Of a stretch of 64,000 nt of DNA, positions 41,135 through 50,700 are shown in pieces. Origin of the DNA: Candidatus Woesearchaeota archaeon. Its GTDB lineage: Archaea > Nanobdellota > Nanobdellia > Woesearchaeales > UBA583. Numbering within the stretch: the stretch's first letter is position 1; every line of letters starts with the position of its first letter. The notes under the pieces were generated by a model. The model was given only the letters and a program-made list of their open reading frames with translations, was not told the origin of the DNA and ran no database searches. The stretch covers positions 1 to 64,000 of the forward strand of contig OZ242164.1 of assembly GCA_965205335.1 (NCBI GenBank), read 5' to 3'. The position numbers and the translations under genes are program-made.

Positions 41135-42154
41135 ATGAATAGTAGTAATATGGAAAAAGTACTAAAGAATTTTAAAATTCAAATACTACTTACTTTATTA
41201 TTTAGTTTATTTCTATTTTCTAGTTGTTCTCCTTCAAATGATAGTTCAAATATTGTTGAGCCTATTAAATATGATGAGGTTATTAGTGAACCTGAACTTG
41301 TAGTAGATCAGGAAGAAATAAAAATAGAGACAAAAGAGGAAGAGATTTTTGAAAATAAAAATGAGGATATAGAACAGATACAAGAAGAAGAGGAAAAAGA
41401 GGAATTAGAAGCAATAGAAGAAGAGATAATTATTACAGATGATACAAATTCTATCAATGAAGTTAGTGTTGCTAATTGGAACTTACAGGTATTTGGGAAA
41501 AAGAAATCGTCCAATGAATCTTTATTAGATTTTTATGTAGATATTATCGATGAATATGATATAATTTTTATTCAAGAGATTAGAGATGCTTCTAGAACTG
41601 CATTTCCAAAGTTATGTGATAAACTGCCAGAGTATAATTGTAATATTTCAAGCAGGGCTGGAAGGACTTCAAGTAAAGAACAAATTGGAATTATTTTCAA
41701 AAAGGGTATTGAATTAGTTGAGATGAATGATTTTAATCCTGATGATGAGTTAAAAGACAGGTGGGAAAGACCGCCAGTTCAAGTTGAATTTAAAATTGAG
41801 AATTATACATTGAATATATATAATATTCATATCAAACCAGATGATGTTAAAAATGAGTTAGCATATTTGGAAGAGATAGTTGAAGATAACGGTAACACAC
41901 TATTATTAGGAGATTTTAATGCAGATTGTCGTTATTATTCTAATGAGAAAGAAAAAGAGTTTGATTCTTGGAACTGGATTATTACAGATGATGAAGATAC
42001 AACAGTTTCAGCAACTGATTGTGCCTATGATAGAATAATTATAAATCAAGACTTAACCAATGAGTTTATTAACTATGGTATCTACAAAGAAGGAATTATA
42101 AAAGAAATTTCAGATCATTATTTAGTTTGGGTAAGTTTTAGATTAGATGGATAG
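41135..42154 (+). CDS. lipoprotein DNase I-like endonuclease/exonuclease/phosphatase
   Basis: Signal peptide with FSSC, acidic linker, NWNLQVFG, IQEIRD, GDFNADC, YDRI, SDHY. Confidence 0.9.
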   Translation: MNSSNMEKVLKNFKIQILLTLLFSLFLFSSCSPSNDSSNIVEPIKYDEVISEPELVVDQEEIKIETKEEEIFENKNEDIEQIQEEEEKEELEAIEEEIIITDDTNSINEVSVANWNLQVFGKKKSSNESLLDFYVDIIDEYDIIFIQEIRDASRTAFPKLCDKLPEYNCNISSRAGRTSSKEQIGIIFKKGIELVEMNDFNPDDELKDRWERPPVQVEFKIENYTLNIYNIHIKPDDVKNELAYLEEIVEDNGNTLLLGDFNADCRYYSNEKEKEFDSWNWIITDDEDTTVSATDCAYDRIIINQDLTNEFINYGIYKEGIIKEISDHYLVWVSFRLDG

Positions 42155-42389
42155 TGATAATATTTACTTGCCTTTTTCTAGAAAAAATAAAGGGAATACC
42201 AAAGAGTACAAAAAAATAAATTAACCAAGACCCAGTTACTACTCCAAGAACTATTGAGAGAAAAAAACTAAGAAACCAACCAAAAAATACATTAACTTTT
42301 TGATTTAAATAAGTATTTCTACAATCATAAACATATTTTAACATTTCCTTCTTAGTTCTAAATTCCTTATCTGCAAACCTAAAAACCAT
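42138..42389 (-). CDS. small membrane protein
   Basis: 2 TM; TATA-like upstream. Confidence 0.5.
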   Translation of the reverse strand: MVFRFADKEFRTKKEMLKYVYDCRNTYLNQKVNVFFGWFLSFFLSIVLGVVTGSWLIYFFVLFGIPFIFSRKRQVNIITIHLI

Positions 42390-42535
42390 AAAATAAGTAA
42401 TTATAAAATTATTTATAAAACTTCAGTTTAAAAATTATTTTTATAAGTATAAATTGGTATCAATTCTCAATCTTTCCAATAGACTCATCCATTAGTGCTA
42501 TTTCCTATAATTATACTAGAAACATTAGACAGAGA

Positions 42536-42573
42536 GGGTTCTGTTAAAAATCAGTAGGATATTTAACAGAAAC
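42536..42573. mobile_element. 38-bp minimal IS6-end remnant (two TIRs nearly abutting)
   Basis: GGGTTCTGTTAAA-aatcagtaggata-TTTAACAGAAAC. Confidence 0.55.
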
Positions 42574-42621
42574 TTGGAATCTGTATATTTATAAATATGT
42601 TATTTATAATAATATTATAAA

Positions 42622-42741
42622 ATGGCAGAATTCAATGGTAAAGGTTACTCAAAAGAGTTCATAAAACAACTATGGAAGGAATCTGAGAAAGGTAAAAGCA
42701 TTCCTTGGGAAGAAGTTGAGGAAGAAATAATGAATTCTTAA
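42622..42741 (+). CDS. 39-aa putative antitoxin, family A
   Basis: MAEFNGKGYSKEFIKQLWKESEKGKSIPWEEVEEEIMNS. Confidence 0.7.
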   Translation: MAEFNGKGYSKEFIKQLWKESEKGKSIPWEEVEEEIMNS

Positions 42742-42742
42742 A

Positions 42743-43110
42743 ATGTGGAAAGTAGAAGTTAAAACAGAAGTACAAAAATTTTAAAAAAAAACAGATAAAA
42801 ATTAAGAGAAAGATTCAAAAAAATAGTATATAACAAACTTCAAAATAAACCTTTACCAAAAGATAAAAAACATATAATTGATTATTACAATGGAAAATTT
42901 TTATGCGAATTTGAAATAGATAAAATTAGATTTTATTATAAAATCTATTATGGTGAAGTTGTTGTTTTTGGTGTTAAGTATGATGGAGTTGTTGATATTT
43001 TTAAAGTGAATAAAGGTCACAAATCTGGTAATAAAAATAATCCTAACCAACAAAGAGACATAAACAAATATAAAAGAGAATTTAGAAGTGAGAGAAAAAA
43101 CAAAAAGTAA
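42743..43110 (+). pseudogene. RelE-like toxin pseudogene (early stop plus frameshift)
   Basis: MWKVEVKTEVQKF*, then in a shifted frame ...LCEFEIDKIRFYY...GHKSGNKNNPNQQRDINK. Confidence 0.8.
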
Positions 43111-43295
43111 TGAGTAAGAACTTCAGAGAAAACTAAATGACAATAAAATTAAATAAATCAAAATTATTTAAGTGAGGAATGATTCACACTTTTAAGAATA
43201 GAATTTGAAGTTTTAAGTAAACTAATCCCTTTTATCATATTCTTTAATCCATTTCTTGATTTTTTCATTTGCGAATCTAATTTTTGATGGTAGTT

Positions 43296-43574
43296 TCATT
43301 GTTTGATATTCCAAAATAGATGTTTATTTTTAATATGCTTGTCTATGTTTTCTGGGTAATGAATCCACCCTATTTTATTTTCGGAATCAATAGAGATTTT
43401 TCTTGAGTAAAGCAAATAGTCTAATATTACACAAAAGGTTTGATACATCATTTTTTTTGGGAGATTTTCCCATAAAGCTCTTTTCTTAAATTCTCCGTCA
43501 TATTTTTTTATGAATTTTTCAACCATAAGAACAGTATCAAGTCTTGGGAATCTCAATATTTGTTTTGTTTGCAT
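43296..43574 (-). CDS. small winged-helix-like hypothetical protein; source of six dispersed fragments
   Basis: PRLDTVLMVE...LWENLPKKMMYQTFCVILDYL; fragments at ~28770, 29475, 30975, 38950, 40010 and 57326. Confidence 0.75.
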   Translation of the reverse strand: MQTKQILRFPRLDTVLMVEKFIKKYDGEFKKRALWENLPKKMMYQTFCVILDYLLYSRKISIDSENKIGWIHYPENIDKHIKNKHLFWNIKQ

Positions 43575-43878
43575 GTTATATTAAGTGATATAACATAATA
43601 TTTAAATCTTTCGTTTTTCTTCTTCTATTTTAATCTTCTCCACTCTTTTTCTCCTTCAAAACTGTTTAAGGAATCTTCTAACTTGCTGTATCTCTTGAGG
43701 TAATTGCATCTCTATCTCTGGATTTAATTGTATAATATCCATATATAGAATGGACTTTAATACACCTTAATTTTGGTCAAAATTAAAGTCCAAAGTATTG
43801 AGAATATGCTTACTATTGAATAATTACAAGAATTGATGAAGTTTATATATTAATGAATACTTATAATATTAGGTTAAA

Positions 43879-44028
43879 ATGGATAGCGTTACAATTCCAA
43901 AAAGCGAATATCTTAAAATGAAAAGCGAAATTAAAACATTAAGAGATTCCGAATTATATAAAAAAATCTTGAAATCTAAAGAAGAATTAAAGAAAAAAGC
44001 ATATACTAGAAAAGATTTAGGATTTTAA
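43879..44028 (+). CDS. 49-aa putative antitoxin, family C
   Basis: MDSVTIPKSEYLKMK...ILKSKEELKKKAYTRKDLGF; convergent with RelE. Confidence 0.65.
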   Translation: MDSVTIPKSEYLKMKSEIKTLRDSELYKKILKSKEELKKKAYTRKDLGF

Positions 44029-44332
44029 TTATTTCTTTTCTTTTTAATGAATTTAGTAATTTTTGATTTTCTTTACTTTTTTTCATTTCAAAATCAATAA
44101 TTTCTGCTTTATTACCTTCAAATATGACTTCAAAATATAGTCTTAATGGAGGTTTTTTGGATTTCATTTCATATAAATTAATAACTGGGTCAAGTAATTT
44201 TCCTGCATCAGGCCCTTTTTCTTCAATTTTATCTAACATTTTAGATACTAAAGTTTTAAGGTCTGATTTTTTCTCTAATTTTTTAAGTTTTTTCAGGATA
44301 CTCTCTCCAAATATTAATTCATATTTACTCAT
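44006..44332 (-). CDS. RelE-like toxin
   Basis: GPDAGKLLD...LYEMK..PPLRLYF...FEMKKS. Confidence 0.78.
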   Translation of the reverse strand: MSKYELIFGESILKKLKKLEKKSDLKTLVSKMLDKIEEKGPDAGKLLDPVINLYEMKSKKPPLRLYFEVIFEGNKAEIIDFEMKKSKENQKLLNSLKRKEIIKILNLF

Positions 44333-44369
44333 TTTTGTTTAATTTCTTCTCTATTTTTTTGATATATGC

Positions 44370-44809
44370 ATTAAGGATAAGCAAAGATATAGAAAGTAAT
44401 ATGAGATTATTACCAATAGATTTGCATATCATAGAATTCACAATTGGAGAGTTTTCAAGTATGTTAGATTCAAAGAAAGAAAGTGTTGTAACAGAGATAG
44501 TAAAAAGCAATATAATTCTTAATGGCACAGAAGATTATTATAGATTAACAGCGAAGTATCACCAAAATGATTGATAAGAATAGAGAGAAGGAAGCAAGAA
44601 GTAATTATGGGGTGTATTTAAATCAAGGCTTGATTAAAAGAGAAGAATTTAAGAGGATTATATTTGAAACTTATATGAGAAACTATAAAGAATCATTAAA
44701 TGTAACTCAAAAACTGTATATAGATAATACTTCAAGTTTGTGGGTAATAGTTAGCAGTTATTATTCTATGTTTTATCTTGCAAATGCTGTAATATATACT
44801 CCTATTTAA
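44370..44809 (+). pseudogene. MNT (nucleotidyltransferase) C-terminus plus HEPN N-terminus remnant
   Basis: EF..ML...VVTEIVKSNIILNG.E.YY followed by W.IV.SYYSMFY.ANA; both truncated. Confidence 0.7.
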
Positions 44810-44867
44810 AGCCAAAGTTACAATATTAAGTACTAAATAAGAATTCATATGAAATTTTATATTTATA

Positions 44868-47300
44868 CTATCTTCCCACCTTCAAATATTTATGTAAACT
44901 TGGATCAATTTCTTTTTCCACAGCATCTTGATTCTCTCTCGACACAACTATTCCTTTCGCAGTGAAAAAAGAAGGGAGATTCAATTCCTCTGCACTCTGT
45001 GCATACAAAAAACCACCAACGCTCTGGAGAACAGGAAAATACAAAGAGGTTGCCCACCCTGTATACAAATAACTACTAACTCTCTGGAGAGCAGGAAAAG
45101 ACAAAGAGGTTGCATTCACTGCACTCAAATGATCCTCCTGAGAGTTACCAACACTCTGGAGAACAGGAAGAGACAGAGAGGTTGTACTATCTGCAATCAA
45201 ACTGCCTCCAACTCTCCGGAGAACAGGAAAAGACAAAGAGGTTGCATTCCCTGCACGCAAATTCTTACCAACGCTCTGGAGAAAAGGAAGAGACATAGAG
45301 GTTGCATTCCATGCCTCCAAATTCCTACCAGCTCTCCGGAGAACAGGAAGAGACAGAGAGGTTGCACTCTCTGCGCGCAAATCACCACCAACACTCTGGA
45401 GAACAGGAAGAGACATAGAGGTTGCATTCCATGCCTCCAAATTCCTATCAACACTCCGGAGAACTGGAAGAGACAAAGAGATTGCGCTATGTACAATCAA
45501 ATCTCCACCAACACTTTTGAGAACAGGAAGAGGCATAGAGGTTGCACTCTGTGCCTTCAAATCACCACCAACACTCTGGAGAACAAGAAGAGACATAGAG
45601 GTTGCACTCTCTGCACGCAAACTATCACCAACACTTTTGAGAACAGGAAGAGACAGAGAGGTTGCACTCTGTGCATTCAAATCCACACCAACACTTTTGA
45701 GAACAGGAAGAGACAGAGAGGTTGCACTCGGTGCATACAAACCACCTCCAACTCTCCGGAGAACAGGAAGAGACAGAGAGGTTGCCCCTGCACGCAAACT
45801 ATCACCAACACTTTTGAGAACAGGAAGAGACAGAGAGGTTGCACTCTGTGCATTCAAATCCACACCAACACTCTGGAGAACAGGAAGAGACAGAGAGGTT
45901 GCACTCCATGCATTCAAAAAACCACCGACATATTTAAGCCTTTTATATGAAACTTCTTCCTTAGATTCATCAATGACATTTCCTTTAATTTCCTCTATTT
46001 TATCTTTCTTTTTATAACTCAAATCCGTAAGATCACAGTCAATCCTCGGATATGAAAGGCACTTTTTCACTTTTCCATAATTACTGTCACTTATCTCAAT
46101 ACTCCCTGTAATTATAGAATCACTTTCATCTACGTCTAATATATTTTCTCTTCCCTTATGTGTTAAGGCTTCCCCTGATTTGAGTTGAATTCCATCTAAA
46201 TTCCGTATATTCACAATCTCAACCTTATCAATTAAATTCTTAAGAAAATCTAAAAATGATTCAAAATAATATTCATCTCCTCTAGGTATGGCATTATTTC
46301 TTCCTCTAATCAGCACTATTGTTTTGCTCTTTATATCATATTCTACTGTTAACAAAAAGGAATTGTCTATTTTTCGAAAGGAATATATTTCAGTTCTTCC
46401 ACGTATAATGTCCTCAATGTGATGATTGCTTGTTCCAATGCAATGGTCTGAATTCACACTTTCTTCATTTAAATGAGTTCTTGAAACTAATTTAACTAAT
46501 TTGTATTCCCCATCTTCAAATATTGTCTCCGGCTCAGCTTCTTTAGATTTCATTAAATTTCTTCTTAATTCACTTGTGTGCAAGCTTAATACCTGTTTGA
46601 TATCTATTGAGATATTGTTTAGAAAACCATTTTCTGTAGATTTTTCATATTCAGATACTGCATCGCATAGATTTGGAATGTCTAATTTGGATTTTGAGGA
46701 TATGAATCCGGATAAACGGATTTTTAAGTAATGTTTCTGTTTTGCGGTTAGATTAAAACCTCTTTCCTGTAAACCTGTCTCAATTTCTTCCAAGGCTTTA
46801 TTTATGTTTTCAGTTTGAGAGTTTCCCTTAGGTCCGTACATATGAAGATGAGAGATTAGTTTTCTTAGGGTTATTTTACCCCCCTTACTTTTTAGATTAT
46901 CCATATCAAAAATGTCATGGAAGTATTTGCTCAAATTTTCAAGTTCAGAACGGTAAATCCTGATTCTCACATTTAAATCTTCTGAGTTAAGTCCTTCTGT
47001 CTTCTCCTCATTATTAAATAACGAGAGTAGAAATTCAGTTTGATCTTTTAGAAATTTGATAAGATTTCTTAGAGTTCTCAAATCAATGTTTCTTGAAAAT
47101 TTGCTTTCCTTGACTTTATTTATTAATTCAGTTAATTTTTCGTATAATTTGTTTTTCTGCTCTATAAGGTTAGATAAGTCAGATAATTCAATTGAATGGG
47201 ATGACAGGAAATTCTCAAGTTCTTGAGATTTATTTAAGATTCCTTCAAATTCTGAAAGTTTTTCTTTCAGTTCTAATAATATTGTTTCAACTTTGGACAT
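44868..47300 (-). CDS. large protein: coiled coil, PcfJ-like domain and ~16 x 20-aa hypervariable LRR-like repeats
   Basis: LNEESVNSDHCIG; repeat LSLPVLQSVGxxLxAxSATS with 60-bp period. Confidence 0.8.
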   Translation of the reverse strand: MSKVETILLELKEKLSEFEGILNKSQELENFLSSHSIELSDLSNLIEQKNKLYEKLTELINKVKESKFSRNIDLRTLRNLIKFLKDQTEFLLSLFNNEEKTEGLNSEDLNVRIRIYRSELENLSKYFHDIFDMDNLKSKGGKITLRKLISHLHMYGPKGNSQTENINKALEEIETGLQERGFNLTAKQKHYLKIRLSGFISSKSKLDIPNLCDAVSEYEKSTENGFLNNISIDIKQVLSLHTSELRRNLMKSKEAEPETIFEDGEYKLVKLVSRTHLNEESVNSDHCIGTSNHHIEDIIRGRTEIYSFRKIDNSFLLTVEYDIKSKTIVLIRGRNNAIPRGDEYYFESFLDFLKNLIDKVEIVNIRNLDGIQLKSGEALTHKGRENILDVDESDSIITGSIEISDSNYGKVKKCLSYPRIDCDLTDLSYKKKDKIEEIKGNVIDESKEEVSYKRLKYVGGFLNAWSATSLSLPVLQSVGVDLNAQSATSLSLPVLKSVGDSLRAGATSLSLPVLRRVGGGLYAPSATSLSLPVLKSVGVDLNAQSATSLSLPVLKSVGDSLRAESATSMSLLVLQSVGGDLKAQSATSMPLPVLKSVGGDLIVHSAISLSLPVLRSVDRNLEAWNATSMSLPVLQSVGGDLRAESATSLSLPVLRRAGRNLEAWNATSMSLPFLQSVGKNLRAGNATSLSFPVLRRVGGSLIADSTTSLSLPVLQSVGNSQEDHLSAVNATSLSFPALQRVSSYLYTGWATSLYFPVLQSVGGFLYAQSAEELNLPSFFTAKGIVVSRENQDAVEKEIDPSLHKYLKVGR

Positions 47301-47344
47301 AATATCAAAACAAATAAATATTTTTATAAATGTTTGTTTTTATC

Positions 47345-47472
47345 GGCTCTGTCCATAAATTGTTTCTTCCGAAATTCATACTAATTATATTTATTCAAAG
47401 AAGAAAATTATTTGTCAAAAATTACTTTATTGATACAATATTTTGAGTCTCCTTGAATTTATGGACAGAGCC
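47345..47472. mobile_element. 128-bp MITE family 1 (diverged, no TSD)
   Basis: GGCTCTGTCCATAAATT...AATTTATGGACAGAGCC. Confidence 0.85.
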
Positions 47473-47523
47473 TACATTGGTAAATATTTATAAATTATAA
47501 TCAAATTCCTATTTATATAAAAA

Positions 47524-47721
47524 ATGGACATTCATGAGGAAAGCCAATCATATATAGAAATGTCATACAAAAGAGCATTATCTTTAGTTAAAAAATACAA
47601 TTATTGGGAAGAAATTCAGTTTTACAGAAATAGAAATCTAAGAACAATTGAAGATATTTCTTGGGAACTATGTAGGAAAATCCTAAATGGGATGGAAGAG
47701 GAAGAACAAGATGGAAACTAA
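47524..47721 (+). pseudogene. duplicated 3' fragment of tmk
   Basis: DIHEES.SY.EMSYKRALSLVK.Y.YWEEI..Y.N.NLRTIEDIS matches the C-terminus of 13080..13760. Confidence 0.85.
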
Positions 47722-50700
47722 GCAAGTCTTGAAAAAGAAATCAGAATACTGGAAAAAGAAACTAATTGACTTATCTAAAAGAAATAATCTCGTATCATAT
47801 AGATTTACTAAATCAAAATCAATTAAAATTACCGAACCTCAAATATCTCAACTCTTAACTGATTTGTATGATGAAAAAAATATCTTCTTTGCCAAGACTA
47901 AGAAAAAAGAACTGAAAGATAGACTTTGGAGAGGTTCTGAAGAAGACGAAATAACTGAGCGTAAATTAGTATCATTATATCATAAAATAAGAGAAAACTT
48001 TCAAGAATTGGGAATTAACTCTTGCTTTGTAAGTTTATACTCTTTAAAATATAAAGAGAATCAGAGGTCAGAAGACTATTTTTCAGCACCATTATTCTTA
48101 TTTCCAGTTAATATAGAACGGTTGAGTTATACATCTCAGGAAGTACATAAATTTGAGATAATATCTGGCTCAGATGATTTAAGAGTTAATCCAGCATTAG
48201 TTGAAAAACTTAGCAATGATTTTGGAATCAAAGTTCCTGAGTTCAATGGTGAAATTGAAGATTTCATAACCAAATTTGAGAGAGTGATTTCTGGAAGAGA
48301 TAAATGGAAAATTACTACTGATTGTTACTTAGACGTATTCTCGTATCAAAAATACATAATGTATACCGACTTAGAAGAGCACCAAAAACTTCTTTCAGAA
48401 AGTGAACTAATAAAAGGTTATGTTGGAGATAGAAATGCTCTTCAAGATGACATTGCAGAATCTCAAAGGGATGAATTTGCGGATGATACAAACGGAGTGG
48501 ATGTTTTGTCAGCAGACTCCAGTCAAAAGAAAGCTATTGAATTGGCTAAAGCAGGAGTTACATTTGTTCTTCAAGGACCTCCAGGAACCGGAAAAAGTCA
48601 AACAATTGCAAATATGATTGCTGCACTGATGGAGCAAAAAAAGAAGATTCTATTCGTAAGTCAGAAAATGGCAGCTCTTAATGTTGTTCAAAAAAAACTT
48701 GATGATATTGGACTTGGAAGATATTGTTTGAATCTTCACAATTACAAAGGAAATAAGAAAGAGATTGTTCAACAACTTATGAGTGAACTTGAAACTTCTC
48801 CAGTGATAAAAGAATTTGTTAAAAGATATTCTTTTACAACATATATTGAAAATCAAAAAAAAATAAATACTTATTATGATTTCTTATGTAAAAAACACAA
48901 ACCACGTAATTTTTCAATATATGATATAAGAGGGGAATTAGCAAAACTTCTCGATGTAGATTTAATAACACAAGAATTAAAAGAAAGTCTTGAATTTACT
49001 GAAGAACGATTTAGCCACTCATTAAATATCGTTGATAAGATTGACCATATCAGAAAAGAAATCTCAAATCCATTGAATAGTGTCTATTTCAATTTCAAGA
49101 AAGAAAAAAATACAAACATTCAAAGAGAGAAACTGAAAAGTTCTATTAAGGAATTATCTAAAGGCTCTTTTGTTATTGACAAATTAACATTCGATATTAA
49201 AAAACAAACAAAAATAGAAGTTTCTAATATAGAGTTATTAAGTGAATTATCTTCTCAACATAGAGATTTCTTAAAAATTAAGGATCTTCCAGAATTTTTG
49301 TGCGATAAAGATTTTTATGAATATCAAAAGTTAATTACTAAACTATTAGAGGCTCAACTACAGATTGATGAGTCATTAAAGTTATTGGGCGAATCCGTCA
49401 AAGATGAATTTTTAGATATGAATATCAAGAAGTATAAGGTATTATTTGAAAGCACAAATGTTCTTAGCAGATTGTTTAATAAAGAGTATAAATATGCCAA
49501 AATTGAGCTTCAAAAATATTCTAAAACCGAGCTCAAGCACAAGGATTGGATAAGTGTATTTAATTACCGAGAAGAATTAGAGTCCAAGCAGAAAATTCAT
49601 AAAAAACAAGTTGAATCTGAACCAAAGTTAATTATGAATTTAGGAAATGTCTCAAATAGTAATAACTTAAGTAAGTTAAATTCATTTGTTGAATCAATCA
49701 AACCATTCCACAAATGGGCAACGTCAATAGATTCAAAGAAGCAATTTAATCTCATTAAATACTTTTTCAATAACAAAGATAGTTTAGTTGAAGTTAATCA
49801 ATTCATTAAACTAACAGAGAACTTACAGGTGTTCTTTGAGATAGATTTGTTTGATAAGAAAGAAGATTTGAATATAATTCAGAACAACATCATTCAACTT
49901 TTAGACCAAAAGAATAAAATAGATTCTATTCTTATTTTCAAACAAGAATTCTATGGCTTGTCTAAAGAGATTCAAGATTTTGTATACAAGTATTTTGAAG
50001 TAGATCCAAAATATTCCCTCAAGGATGTTTTCTTAAAATCATATTTTATTCAACTATTAGATAAAATCTTAGCAAATGAATCTATTCAGACTCCAAAATT
50101 AGAAATAGAACAGTTTAGAGCATTAGATATGGAAATTAGAGATATTAAACGTTTCAAAATTATGGACTCAGTTGAACAAGACCAGCCATCTTATAATTAT
50201 CCAAGCAAGGGATTAAATGAAGTTTCTATTCTAAAACGGGAAGCTGAGAAAAAAAGAAGACTAAAGCCAATTCGTGATTTACTTGAACATATTCCAAACT
50301 TAGTATTTACACTCAAACCCTGTTTTATGATGAGTCCTCTATCAGTAAGTCAATATATCAATCCTCAAAGTATGAAGTTTGATGTAGTTATCTTTGATGA
50401 GGCTTCTCAAATTATGCCTGAAGATGCAGTTCCTTGTTTACTTAGAGCAAAACAAGCAATTGTTGTAGGAGATACTAAACAACTGCCACCTACATCATTC
50501 TTTATGAATAGAAATGATGAAGACATAGAAGAAGAAATTGAGGACTTAGAAAGTTTCTTATCTGAATGTAGCACCAAATTTAGAACAAAACGATTACTTT
50601 GGCATTATAGAAGCAGAAATGAACATTTGATTGCATTCTCAAATAGATTTTTCTATGAAAATAGACTCATCACATTTCCCAATGCAAGAGAAAGTGATGG

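Noticed and set aside
28451-43110. Stop-codon reassignment explaining the in-frame stops
   Set aside because: Housekeeping genes terminate normally with TAA/TAG/TGA, and the broken genes also carry truncations or frameshifts
44928-46017. Long + strand ORFs (340 aa Cys/Arg-rich; 166 aa)
   Set aside because: Antisense shadows of the 60-bp repeat in 44868..47300
44868-47300. Complete diversity-generating retroelement in the window
   Set aside because: No reverse transcriptase or separate template repeat found; only a codon-pattern hint
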